The position numbers and the translations under genes are program-made. From Eledone cirrhosa (lineage: Eukaryota): DNA of 64,000 bases. Positions 30,010 through 41,848 of the stretch are shown here, one piece after another. Each line of letters begins with the position of its first letter. Position 1 is the first letter of the stretch. The stretch is taken from NCBI GenBank assembly GCA_964016885.1, contig OZ024743.1:352160001-352224000 (forward strand), given 5' to 3'. The notes under the pieces were generated by a model, which was given only the letters and a program-made list of their open reading frames with translations, searched no databases and had not been told where the DNA came from.

Positions 30010-32553
30010 CATAGGTTCTCAACCCATTTAGACCAAACGCCCCCTTTTGTCCCTCGAAATCACGAAACGCCCCTACCCTATTTTTACATTTTTCAATATA
30101 CTACTGATTTTGATATCTGTAGATTATTAAAAAATTGATTAACAATATTCCAAAGATACCATTGCAGGCAGCTGAGAGTATAAATACATTCCTTGAAAGG
30201 AAATATATAAATTTCAAGAAAAGGAACATAAATGTTCTTTTTTATGAATAAGGACCAGTTGAATTTGTTATTTCCCACCAGGCGATACCAACTGTTTTGA
30301 AAATTTATACAAGAGCAACTCTATCCAAAGAGTGCTCTTATCTGGAAGAAAGTGGCAATTATATCATTTCAAAGCTTTCCAGTTTTCCCTTTAATGAAAC
30401 AGACAGAATAAATGTTGATATCTAACTTGATGTCCTCTCTGCTTTGTGAGCTTAGAGACCACGGAAGAGGGTTTTCATGACCACGCGGGAGGGTGTATTT
30501 ATTAGTAAATGGTAAAATATAAACAACAAATGAGTAAGTGAATTGTAGTAGATGGTTTCCAGTCCAGTCAGACTGCAACTACAAATAAAAAAAAATGTTA
30601 GTTTGCTTTGTAACAATAGCATATCTAAGTTTTCGGATAAATCAACTTACTTTAACTTTGACCTCATTTCAATGGGACCCTTGAACTTCATGGAGTCTAG
30701 CTAACTCTTTGACGTCAGTCTGGATTTTCGTAAGATTTAGCCGGAAATCTCCACATGTAATTACACTGTAGTGGTTGCGAGCCTTACTGTGCAGTCTGGA
30801 AACAGCACCAAACCTCCTCTTGACTAAGTATGAGCTTGGAAAAGGCAGAGCAAATCTCTTAGCCTCTGCATGTAGGTGTGGAAATCGACGCTGAATTTCC
30901 TCTTGCATCCAAAAAAGGGGTTCACCTATTTTGGGAAATCTAATTTTGATCATGTCATCTGCTTGAAGTTCAATGAATTCTTCCTGAAATATAACGTCCA
31001 AATCATCGACGTTAACTATAAAGGGATCTGCTACCCACATTGGGATGTCCATCGGCAAAAGGTCGACAAACCGTTCTCTCATGTTGTCTTGTAGCGCACG
31101 GTGGTGAGTGGTATAAATTTGGAGTTGATCATCGCTTACAATGTTTTGAACATTGGCGACACTAGGAAAATTATAGAATTCCCGTCAACAAAGATTCCTT
31201 TCGATGACATTCAATTTGGCCAGGAATGTTTTCAAGCAAGGTGATCTTCTCCTGCAAAGCCAAAATGACGCTGTTGCATTTGTCGAAGATGTCGGTGAGG
31301 TAGGCGCAGTTTTGCCTCATATCGAGGGTTTTCTTGTACAGTTTTGTGTTGCATCCTCGCAGAAACTCAATCATAGAGTCAAACAGTTCAAAGAAGTGAG
31401 TAAGGCACTTGCCATTTGAAAGCCACCTCACTTCATTATGAAGGAGCAACTTGACAAATTCTTCGTCATTATCTTGGCACAGTTGCCGGAAAATTCGTTC
31501 ATTGAGGGAATGCCGTTTGATAAAATTGATGACATCAATGGCCACCAGCAAGTTTCTTCACAGCCAAGTGTTGTCGATGAATGACACAATGAACAACAAA
31601 TACAGATAGACTTTCTCTCTTCAGAAGAGTGACGAAACCCTTATGTTGGCCGACCATTGCTCTTGCGTCGTCCTAGATGTATGTATTACCTGCCTGTGTG
31701 TGGTAGGTAGTCATGGATGTATGTATTACCTGTTTATGTATTGCATGTGGTCCTAGATGTATGTATTACCTGATTATGTGTTGTATGTGGTCCTAGATGT
31801 TTGTATTACCTGATTATGTGTTGTATGTGGTCCTAGATGTTTGTATTACCTGCTTATGTGTTGTATGTGGTCCTAAATGTATGTATTACTTGCCTGTGTG
31901 TTGTATATGGTTCTAGATGTGTGTGCTACCTCCTTATGTGTTGCATGTGGTCCTAGATGTGTGTATTACCGACTTATGTGTTGTATGTGGTCCTCGATGT
32001 GTATATTACCTGCTTATGTATTGTATATGGTCCTAGATGTGTGTATTATCTGATTATGTGTTGTATGTTGTCCTAGATGTGTGTGCTACCGGCTTCTGTG
32101 TTTTTTTTTGTTTTTTTTATTTGCAATATTATTTATACAATAGGTTAAAATAGATCTACATAGTGTTAACTTGTTACGGTTGAGTTAATAATTTCAAACA
32201 TGAAATACATTGTTATCAGTGAAGGAAAGGCAAGATACTAACTGGCTGCGGTTGAAGTTTCATTGATCCAGATGACTGTGGGTTTTTCCATTGTTAGGAT
32301 CTCAATTGCTGGTTAATGTCTAAACACGCCGTCAGACCATAGTTAAGCAATCTGCATGCTCATTCAAATGCATTCACTCTGGCTGTCTCAAAGACATACA
32401 AATATGGCTTATAATACTTACCAAAATAAAGAGCCTTCCAGTGCACTCCAAAGCTCAAAACGCCACCCCCCTAATGTCCCCTTGCTCCCAAACGCCCCCC
32501 CCCCTGAGTTCCGAAACGCCCCTGGGGGTGCATATACCCCCATTGAGAACCTT

Positions 32554-32555
<2 letters not shown>
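30010..32555 (-). mobile_element. hAT (Charlie/Buster-type) DNA transposon with a decayed transposase
   Basis: TIRs CATAGGTTCTCAA / TTGAGAACCTTTG. Transposase motifs HCVIHR, VINFIK, LLLHNEVRWLSNGK, YLTDIF and LPFPSSYL. Inserted in (TA)n. Confidence 0.9.
31670..32098. repeat. 40-bp minisatellite (~10.5 units) inside the hAT element
   Basis: Unit GTCCTAGATGTATGTATTACCTGATTATGTGTTGTATGTG. Confidence 0.92.
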
Positions 32556-32615
<60 letters not shown>

Positions 32616-32919
32616 CAAATTTTGCAAAGAGAAGAAAACGGACAAATGAACTAGATACATCTCACTGTCCCCCACCACCACAATAATGTCTACACTCTCT
32701 CCCCACCATCACATGTCATTACCCTATCTAGACTAAAGTCATCGACCTGTTGTCAAACTCTCTACTCTGTATTGAATGTGTATATATATGTATGTAGGAG
32801 GTGAGTTTTATTGTAGTACAATAAAGCAATGCAGATATCGGATAAGAAGCACTCTACTGTTTGTAGGACTGGAGTATACATAATATATAAGATCAAAAGA
32901 TGGTTAAATGAGTGCCATG

Positions 32920-32990
32920 TATTTTATTATGCGCATTTCAAAAACAAATATCATCATGCAATAACATTTGTGTTTTCATCAGATAAAATA
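32920..32990 (-). ncRNA. Type I hammerhead ribozyme
   Basis: Mirror image of 33115-33185. Confidence 0.85.
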
Positions 32991-33114
32991 GGAAGACATG
33001 ATATGAAGGTTAAAAACACTTGTGGATAGTGCAGTTTTAAATCAACATATCAATATATGTTGATTTAAAACTGCACTATTCACAAGTGTTTTTAACCTTC
33101 ATATCATGTCTTCC

Positions 33115-33185
33115 TATTTTATCTGATGAAAACACAAATGTTATTGCATGATGATATTTGTTTTTGAAATGCGCATAATAAAATA
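33115..33185 (+). ncRNA. Type I hammerhead ribozyme
   Basis: TATTTTAT-CTGATGA-AAACACAAATGTTATTGCATGATGATATTTGTTTTT-GAAA-TGCGCA-TA-ATAAAATA. Confidence 0.88.
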
Positions 33186-33559
33186 CATGGAACTCATTTA
33201 ACCATCTTTTGATCGTATATATTATATATATATGTATGTATATGTGTGTATATACATCACTCAGTCAAACGACCAGATTTCAACCCCAACATCTACAACA
33301 CCGGCACTAATGTTTACAGCAACAACAGCTTCAGAATGAATTGAAATGAACATTTACAACAACAACAACAGCGGCATAAAACGATAACCCCCCCCCCCCC
33401 AAAAAAAAAACCACACAAACAATAAAAAAAGCTCAAAATAACAAAACACACACACACACGCACACAACACAACAACAACATCAACTGCCACCACCACCAC
33501 CGCCGCCGCCATCACCATCACCAGCGACCGGGCCTTAAGAAAACAACTTCAATAATAAT

Positions 33560-33870
33560 AATTTTTCTGTTTTTGGCACGGATCCAGCGACTTGTCCAGC
33601 GCATTACTGGTACTCTCTTTTGTTGACTCCGTGGGGATGAAAGACAAGGTTGACCTCGGCGGGATTTAAGCTCAGAACGTGGAGAGCCATAGCTCTATGC
33701 TGTAAAGCAATTATAATAATTGTTTCTACTTTTGGCACAAGGCCAGCAATTATCACAGTGCGTTACTGGTACTTTATTTTATCGACCCCGTAAGGGTGAA
33801 AGGCAAAGTTAACCTACGCGGGATTTGAACTCAGACCGCAAAGGGACGTAACTATGCTGGAAAGCATGTT
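33560..33870 (-). mobile_element. Two adjacent tRNA-SINE copies
   Basis: Reverse-complement SINE core at ~33605-33680 and ~33765-33868. Confidence 0.8.
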
Positions 33871-33970
33871 ATAATAATACTGGACTGTAATACGAACGGC
33901 TTCAACTATACAAACTCTTGAAAGTCAACAGTTGACATAATCTTGTAATCTTGTATCAGTAATGACGGTA

Positions 33971-34008
<38 letters not shown>

Positions 34009-34139
34009 AAGTGAGTAGCGTGTGTGTGTTTGTTTGTATGTATGAGTGTTGCTGTGTGGGCGCGTATGTATGCGCGTGTGTGTATGTCGTACGTATAAGT
34101 GTCAATAAGTGAGTTTTTTTTTTTTTTTTTGCGCGCGGG

Positions 34140-37100
34140 GACATAGAAATAATCGGGCTGGATGCCCGATCGCGCAGTTAAACCACTGGGAGTGCAGAAC
34201 CCCTAGCCCTTGTCAGAGCATTCTTCTAGGAGAAGGCATCTCAGGAAACTGGGTTAACTCTGACATAAAACCTACGGCTCAGTAGTTACCGATGATGTCG
34301 ATCTTTTCTTCTTTTCGGGTTATAGCTACTGTCGCTCAGAGAGTGGGATTGGCTCAGTGCACAGTCTTTCCTCACTTTAAAAATATTCGTCACGCACAGG
34401 CATTGCACGAGTGCATTAATAATTATTAATAGTGTATTATTATTATTATTGTTACTATTATTATTACTTTTCTTTTTCTTTTTTTCTTATTCAATGATGT
34501 TCCAGAACAATATAAAAGAGATAATTGGCAATTTAGGTTCTGGAACAAAAAAGATAATTGGCAATGAGGGCCCGCTCGTCATCGTGCCATTGTAATAGAG
34601 CCAAACAGTCTTGGCTGCTGGAGCGTACGGACGCTGCTTGACAGGAATTCCTTGGAGCGTCCTGAACGAAGGACCGCTCTTGTTGCAAAGGAGCTTCGAC
34701 GTTACGATCTTGACTTTATCTGAGACGAGGTTAGCTGGAGATGGTCATCTTACAGAATTTTGTGGAGAATATACATTCTTCTGGAAAGGAAGAGATGAAG
34801 GAACCAGAAGAGAGGCTGGGGTAGGATTTGCTGTTAAGACTGTTCTTGTGAATAAATTAGAAGAATTCCCAGTAGGGATTAGTGAGCGTCTTATGTCCAT
34901 GAGAATTCCGCTGGACAAAGGAAGATATGCGACCCCGGTGAGTGTGTATGCTCCAACTATGAATTCTGTCGATGAAGAAAAAGTGTCCTTTTACCATGCC
35001 TTGAAAGGTGTTTTAAGAAATATCCCTCAGGCAGACAAAGTCATCGTGCTTGGTGACTTTAATGCTAGAGTGGGTAGGGATTTTAACACATGGAATGTAA
35101 TCGGAAGGCATGGGGTGGGAAAGTGTAACAACAATGGTATGCTCCTCTGCAGATGTGTGAGGAGCTGGATCTGCGTGTTACCAACACCATGTTCCAACAA
35201 AAGAACAAATTCAAGACCACATGGATGCACCCTGCATCTAAGGAATGGCATCTTTTGGACTACGTCCTAGTCAGGATGCGTGACAGACAGGATGTGCAGT
35301 GTGTTCGTGCTCTTCGTGGAGCTGAGTGCTGGACGGACCACCGCCTGGTACGCGCAAAAGTGAAACTAATCACTAAACGTAAAATCCGGGCTCCTGGTGT
35401 TGCTCTGCCCAAAAGATTGAATGTTGCTCGTCGTAAGGATAAAAATGTGAAGAGGACATTGGAAGAAGAGATGCAGGCTGCAGATCTTGGTGAGGATTGG
35501 CCGATCCTTAAAAAGTCGGTTTATGATGTAGGCATGCGTGTTCTGGGATTGGTGCAGAGAAAACATCAGGACTGGTTTAATGAGAATGATGTACATATAG
35601 AAGACTTGTTGGCTGATAAGAGGCGTGTTACTTGACGGCAAAACCACAGGAGAGGAATACGTTGCATGAGGAACTCAAGGGTGTAAAATTACGTGTTAGA
35701 CGGAGTCTTTCTCAGATGAAGGATCAGTGGTGGAGTGAGAAGGCTGGTGAGATACAAACTGCGTCAGATTCCAATAACACAAAGCTGTTGTACAGTCTCT
35801 TGCGTGAGGTTTATGGACCGTCTTCTTCTCTGGTGACACCGCTTCGCAGCAAGGATAGCAAAGAACTTCTTCGTGACTCACAAGGAATTCTACGAAGGTG
35901 GCGAGAGCACTTTGATGATCTTTTGAATCAGCCGTCTGTCGTCAGTGAAGATTTCCTCAATCTCATTCCAGAAAGTCCTGTGAAAGTAACTCTCGCAGAA
36001 CCTCCGACGCTTGTGGAGGTTGCAGTGGCTATCTCGAAGCTGAACAGTGGAAGGTCTCCAGGTATGGATGGCATACATGCTGAGCTCCTACAATATGGTG
36101 GTGAGTGACTTCTGCAACATCTTCACTCTTTGTTTGGCAGGATATGGGCTAATGAATCCGTACCTGAGGACTGGAGAGATGCAGTAATGGTGGTCTTGTA
36201 CAAGGGAAAGGGTAACAGGAATGATTGTGGGAACTACAGAGGTATATCATTGCTTTCTGTCGTAGGGAAAGTTTTATGTAGGGTGCTTCTGGACCATCTG
36301 CTGACACACATTGCAGATTGTGTTCTTCCTGAAAGTCAATCTGGTTTTCGTGCTGGACGCGGCACTACTGATATTATTTTCTCAGCTAGACAGCTCCAGG
36401 AGAAGTGCATGGAATAGGGTTTGGATCTGTATCAGGTTTTTGTCGATCTGACAAAAGCTTTCGATACTGTTAACAGAGGTGCATTTTGGAAGGTTCTCCA
36501 GACACTTGGTTGCCCTGATAAGTTCCTTGCTTTAGTTAGGTCTTTCCATGACGACATGAAGGCTTGGGTTAATGTCGGAGGTAACATGTCGGAGCCTATC
36601 TCAGTAAAAAATGGAATGAAACAGGGGGATATTCCAGCACCGACCCTGTTTGCCATATAATTTGCAATGGTTTTCTGTATTGCATTCAGGAATTGCGAGC
36701 ATGGTGTTTACATCCGATATCGAACCTCAGGCAGCATATTTAACATCAGGCGCTTTGCTGCAAAGACAAAAGTATTTACATCAATCATAAGAGACCTCTT
36801 GTATGCAGATGATTGCGATCTTGTAGCGCACACAGAGAGTGATATGCAGCACATTTTGAATGCATTTTCTGACGCTTGCACTGCCCTAGGATTGACTGTC
36901 AGTCTCAAGAAAACCGTCGTCATGTACCAACCTGCCCCTGGTAAGCAGTACACTGAACCAAATATCTATGTGTATGGTAAACGACTTGGAGTGGTTGATC
37001 AATTTGTCTACCTGGCAAGCACTGTCAATCGATACGGCAACCTTGACAGTGAAATCTCCCTTAGGATTAGGAAAGCAAGTGATGCTTTCGGAAAGCTAGA

Positions 37101-37990
37101 AAGGGGACTCTGGGGTCGGCGAGACATATGCAGGAGGACAAAGGTAAAGGTATACAAGGCATGTGTGCTCTCTTGTCTTCTTTATGCCTGCGAGACCTGG
37201 GTCACATATCGACACCACCTTAAGCAATTGGAGCGTTTCCATCAGATGTGTCTCAGATGGATCCATGGCGTTCACTGGAGGGACCACATCAGTGATGTCG
37301 AGATTTTTGAAAGCTGTATGTGTGACAGTATAGAAGCTCTTGTGCTTAAGCAACGACTCCGTTGGAGTGGTCACCTTGCCAGGATGAAGGATTCTAGAAT
37401 ACCAAAACAACTCTTTTATGGAGAGTTGGTTAAAGGAAAACGACCGCCACATAAACCAAAAAAGAAGTATAAGGATTCGTTGAAAGCCTCTTTGAAAGAC
37501 GCTAACATCTCTGCTGATACATGGGAAAATATTGCTGTTGATTGTAATAGATGGAGAAAGACTGTATATGAGGGAAAAGTTGCCTTTGAGGCATCTCGAA
37601 TCGCATACGAGAAAGTAAAGCGGGATGTGAGGAAGGGCATTGCTGTTGCACTTCCAGACGGCGAGGGTCCTCCTATGGTGCTGACATGCAGCGTCTGTGC
37701 GAGACTCTGCCTAAGCAAAGCTGGACTGGAAAGTCATTTTCGCAGTCATAAAGTAAGGCCAGTGGTTGACTATCAGACTGCTGTTAGAGATGCTACTCAT
37801 CATGCTTGCCAAGCATGTGGTAGAGAATGTAAATCAGCAGGAGGGCTCAAACGACATGCAAAAGTACATGAACTCCAACCACAGCCGGGTATTCGCAGTG
37901 AATGTTTTGGTTGCCGACTCTGTGCAAGACATTTTAGATCATTGGCTGGGCTAAAAAGCCACATTCGATCGCAGCGCTGTTAGTTGCTAT
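34140..37990 (+). mobile_element. Near full-length RTE (BovB-like) LINE: APE, RT and C-terminal C2H2 fingers; inactivated
   Basis: APE motifs LSETRL, SVYAPT, LGDFNARVG and WTDHRLV. RT motifs NYRGISLL, FVDLTKAFDTV and LLYADD. Three C-x2-C...H-x3-H fingers at the C-terminus. Several stops and frameshifts. Confidence 0.93.
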
Positions 37991-38077
37991 CGTGTGTGTG
38001 TGTGTGTGTGTGTGTAGATATGTTTATGTGTGTGCGTGTGTGTGTATATATATATGTATATTATTATTGTTGTTGTC

Positions 38078-38119
<42 letters not shown>

Positions 38120-38381
38120 GTTATTAATGTATATGTGTGTATGTATATATATATGTGTGTATATATGTATATGTATGTGTGTATATATATATATATATTT
38201 CTTTTTTTATTTTATTTTATTTTTTATTTATTTATTAATATATATATATATTTTTTTTTCTCCCGGTGCAATGGCCATACTCGATAACGAGGGGGCAGCC
38301 ATCATATATATATATATATATATATTTCGTTTCTGAATTTGTTTAGCAAGATTGTTTATCTGAAATCGTGTGTTGAAACCG

Positions 38382-38532
38382 ATATTGTTATACTTTGGGA
38401 GGGTCATGTTGCCAATAAGAAACACACGCACCAGTTGCTTTCACTTCAATTTATTATAATAAATTGAAGTGAAAGCAACTGGTGCGTGTGTTTCTTATTG
38501 GCAACATGACCCTCCCAAAGTATAACAATATA
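38382..38532. repeat. Perfect ~150-bp palindrome, centre ~38457
   Basis: ATATTGTTATACTTTGGGAGGG...AATTTATTATAATAAATT...CCCTCCCAAAGTATAACAATAT. Confidence 0.9.
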
Positions 38533-38676
38533 TATATATATATATATAATGTAGGAGGTGAGTTTTATTGTAGTACAATAAAGCAATGCAGATATCGGAT
38601 AAGTAGCACTCTACAGTTTGTAGGACTGGAGTATAAATAATATATAAGATCAAAAGATTGTTAAAAGAGTTCCATG

Positions 38677-38747
38677 TATTTTATTATGCGCATTTCAAAA
38701 ACAAATATCATCATGCGATAACATTTGCGTTTTCGTCAGATAAAATA
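38677..38747 (-). ncRNA. Type I hammerhead ribozyme in the inverted pLTR
   Basis: Minus strand reads TATTTTAT-CTGACGA-AAACGCAAATGTTATCGCATGATGATATTTGTTTTT-GAAA-TGCGCA-TA-ATAAAATA. Confidence 0.88.
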
Positions 38748-39250
38748 GGGAGACATGATATGAAGGTTAAAAAACACTTGTGAATAGTGCAGTTTTAAAT
38801 CAACATATGAAACGTAGTTTTAGATTGATGTGTGATATTGGGAAAAAAAAAATTGAGGGGGGGGGGGGGCGGGGTTGGAAAGGATGAAAAAGAGGAGGAG
38901 ATGAGAGTAAAAAGTGGAGGGGAGGAGTATAATGAGGAAGGATGAGATAGGAGGAGAGATGGGTGATAGAGAGAGAGAGATATCTTTTATAACTGAGAAA
39001 AATATATTGTTTTACATAGAGAGGTTAAAAAACCGTTGGAAGATAATATATAAATTAAAAGAATTTGAAAATTAACGAAGAGAAAAATTTAGAATAATGT
39101 TAAATTAAGGTTTGTATATTGGAGGGTTTAATAATATGGGCGATGAAAAGAAATTGTTAATATGTATTAAGAATAATATTTAAGGGTTTAATAATATGTG
39201 CGATGGAAAGAAATTGTTGATATGTATTATTAAAAAATGGTACTTCTGAA

Positions 39251-40930
39251 GTGATTGGTTGGTTCAACAAATTGAATAAGAAAAACAAACAAAAATTTAT
39301 TCAATTTGATATTGCCAGCTACTATTCTTCTATTTCGCCCTCACTTCTCAACAATGCTCTATCTTTCGCTTACAAATATTCAGACATCACCACATATGAA
39401 CTTCACATCATTCTCACCGCACGTAAAACCATCCTACAGTTCAAGAATGAATATTGGACCAGAGCTGATACCTCTAACAACTTTGACATCACAATGGGAG
39501 CATCCGATTCATCCCAATTGACAGATTTAATTGGTATCTTTATTTTGAACTCTTTGAATCGGAAAATTCCTCAACTTCGCGGTGGAATTTATCGTGACGA
39601 TGGACTCTTTACTATCTTAAATTGCAACATAGTTAACCTTAATATTATTAAGAACAATATACGTAATCTCTTTAACCAACATAACTTAAAAATTGAATTT
39701 GATAACAGCATCAAACTAGCTAATTTCTTGGATGTATCTCTTAATCTTGACACTGGCCTATATTACCCTTACCATAAAAACAATGAGAACCTAAATTATG
39801 TTAATTTTAAATCTAACCACCCCACTAATATTAAGAATGCTATAGTTAGTAATATTGGAAAAAGAATATCCAACCTATCTTCTAATAAAAACATCTTTGA
39901 TGCTAACGCCAATTACTATAATAACGCGCTTTCTAAAGCCGGTTATCCTGATAAAATCAAATATAGTAAAGAAACAAATGCTAGAAGATCTTACAGTAGA
40001 ATAATTAATCATGATCATTCCAATAATTTTAATAAAAGACCTAGATACAAAAGCATAATCTGGTATAATGCTCCTTTCTCCATCTCTATTAATAATAATA
40101 TTCCTAAATTATTCTTTAGTGCCTTAAATAAATGCTTCCCTCCCTCACATATCTATAGTAAAATATTTAACAAACACACTATAAAATTTTCCTATTCGAC
40201 CTCCTCCAACATCTCCAACATTATCTCTAAACACAACAATAAAATACTAAATACTAAATCTCTTCCTTCCAACACTGAATATCATAATAATAGTAATAGT
40301 ACTCCCGACGTCATTGTTAACTCTAGGCTAATTTCTGCAAACCCAAATACAACGTCAAACGCAACTTCGTTAAATGTTCTCAATCCCATTCTAAATCAAG
40401 AAACTATTATTCCTATCGTAAATAACTTCTCCAATCCAATTCCTTCTATAGATAACAGTAGGTCACTTGTTAATAACTCTGTTAATTTCTCTAATCGCAA
40501 TTGTAATTGCCCTGTTAAAAATAAATGTCCTCTCAACAACCATTGTCTTGAAAAAAACTTAATCTACGAATGTAAAGTTATAACTGACACCAATTCCTTT
40601 ACCTATTTTGGCTCCACTTCCACCTCCTTTAAAGCTCGTCTTTATAATCATCATTCGTCTTTTAAATACCAACTTAAAAGAACCAACACGGCACTCTCAG
40701 AACTCATATGGTGCTTGAAAGACAAACATATTAACTATAACATCTCTTGGAAGAAGGTTTGTTCTGCTTTTCCATACTTGAATAATTCTCTATCCAAGAC
40801 ATGCAATCTCTGTTTATGTGAAAAATTTACCATTATATCTAATTTAGATCCTATAATAAATAGACGCACTGACTTGTTTTCGCTCTGCTTTCATAAATTC
40901 CACAGAACATTCCATAAAGTATACAGCTAA
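39251..40930 (+). CDS. Penelope-like RT + GIY-YIG endonuclease ORF (5'-truncated, uninterrupted for 559 aa)
   Basis: Motifs FIQFDIASYY, FDITMGA, GGIYRDDGL, ANFLDVSL, CNCPVKNKCPL, LIYECKV...YFGST...FKARLYNH and CNLCLCEK. Confidence 0.85.
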   Translation: MIGWFNKLNKKNKQKFIQFDIASYYSSISPSLLNNALSFAYKYSDITTYELHIILTARKTILQFKNEYWTRADTSNNFDITMGASDSSQLTDLIGIFILNSLNRKIPQLRGGIYRDDGLFTILNCNIVNLNIIKNNIRNLFNQHNLKIEFDNSIKLANFLDVSLNLDTGLYYPYHKNNENLNYVNFKSNHPTNIKNAIVSNIGKRISNLSSNKNIFDANANYYNNALSKAGYPDKIKYSKETNARRSYSRIINHDHSNNFNKRPRYKSIIWYNAPFSISINNNIPKLFFSALNKCFPPSHIYSKIFNKHTIKFSYSTSSNISNIISKHNNKILNTKSLPSNTEYHNNSNSTPDVIVNSRLISANPNTTSNATSLNVLNPILNQETIIPIVNNFSNPIPSIDNSRSLVNNSVNFSNRNCNCPVKNKCPLNNHCLEKNLIYECKVITDTNSFTYFGSTSTSFKARLYNHHSSFKYQLKRTNTALSELIWCLKDKHINYNISWKKVCSAFPYLNNSLSKTCNLCLCEKFTIISNLDPIINRRTDLFSLCFHKFHRTFHKVYS

Positions 40931-41305
40931 TATCTAATACTTTACCAATTTAAAATCCTTTTCTCAAAGGCACATATATATATATATACATATATATTTC
41001 TTTAAAAATATACCCATCTTTCTACCTTATTTCAATGTTATTTATTATACATTATATAATACTAGTTACTCATTCTATATCACTCCTATTTATCACTTCC
41101 CTTTCTTTCTTTTTTCCTTTTTTCTTTTCTTTTTTCTTTTAATTTCTAACCTCTAATCTGTACCTTTTCTTCCTAGATACTTCTCAATTCTCATTATTAC
41201 CCACCACAATATATCCTTACTTTATATCACCTTGAAAAATCCTTCGTAAACATAAACATTTTTTTGACGTTAGATTATTCATCATCAATTCATTATTTTT
41301 TTCTC

Positions 41306-41490
41306 GGATTGGCAGTATCGGTAGAGGGTCGGACGCCATGCTTTCCAGCATAGTTACGTCCTTTTACGATCTGAGTTCAAATCCCGCCGAGGTTGACTTT
41401 GCCTTTCATCCTTACGGGGTCGATAAAATAAAGTACCAGTAATGCACTGGATAATTGCTGGCCTTGTGCCTAAAGTAGAAACAATTATTT
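41306..41490 (+). mobile_element. tRNA-derived SINE inserted in the Penelope 3' UTR
   Basis: Nearly identical to the copy at 16919. Confidence 0.88.
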
Positions 41491-41805
41491 TTTTCTCCCT
41501 TTCATGCTCAACTAACTTATACATATTACACTTATTCATCCACTCTACTTCTTTTCACAATATATCCTTAATTACATTACTATTGTTATATTTTTATATT
41601 TTTTAATAATACATATCAACAATTTCTTTCCATCGCACATATTATTAAACCCTTAAATATTATTCTTAATACATATTAACAATTTCTTTTCTTCGTAATA
41701 TTATTAAACCCTCCAATATACAAACCTTAATTTAACATTATTCTAAATTTTTCTCTGCGTTATATAAGGTATGTATATACGTTCAACAATCTGGCAGGAA
41801 GTTAT

Positions 41806-41848
41806 ACGTTGCTGACGATAGCTAACAAGCTTGAAACTAGTACAGCGT
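41806..41848 (+). ncRNA. Minimal type I hammerhead ribozyme (inverted unit)
   Basis: ACGTTG-CTGACGA-T AGCT AACA AGCT T-GAAA-CTAG-TA-CAGCGT. Confidence 0.88.

Larger units (their letters stand above)
32790..33228. mobile_element. Foldback pair of pLTRs, centre ~33053
   Basis: Inverted arms of ~175 bp. The left arm matches 38549-38808. Confidence 0.85.
38549..41762 (+). mobile_element. Penelope-like element with a 5' inverted pLTR/3'UTR copy
   Basis: 39073-39237 is the reverse complement of ~41599-41762. The inverted part carries an HHR. Confidence 0.88.

Noticed and set aside
31670-32098. Regular short repeats that might suggest a CRISPR array
   Set aside because: The 40-bp units are contiguous with no unique spacers, and the context is eukaryotic with no cas genes.
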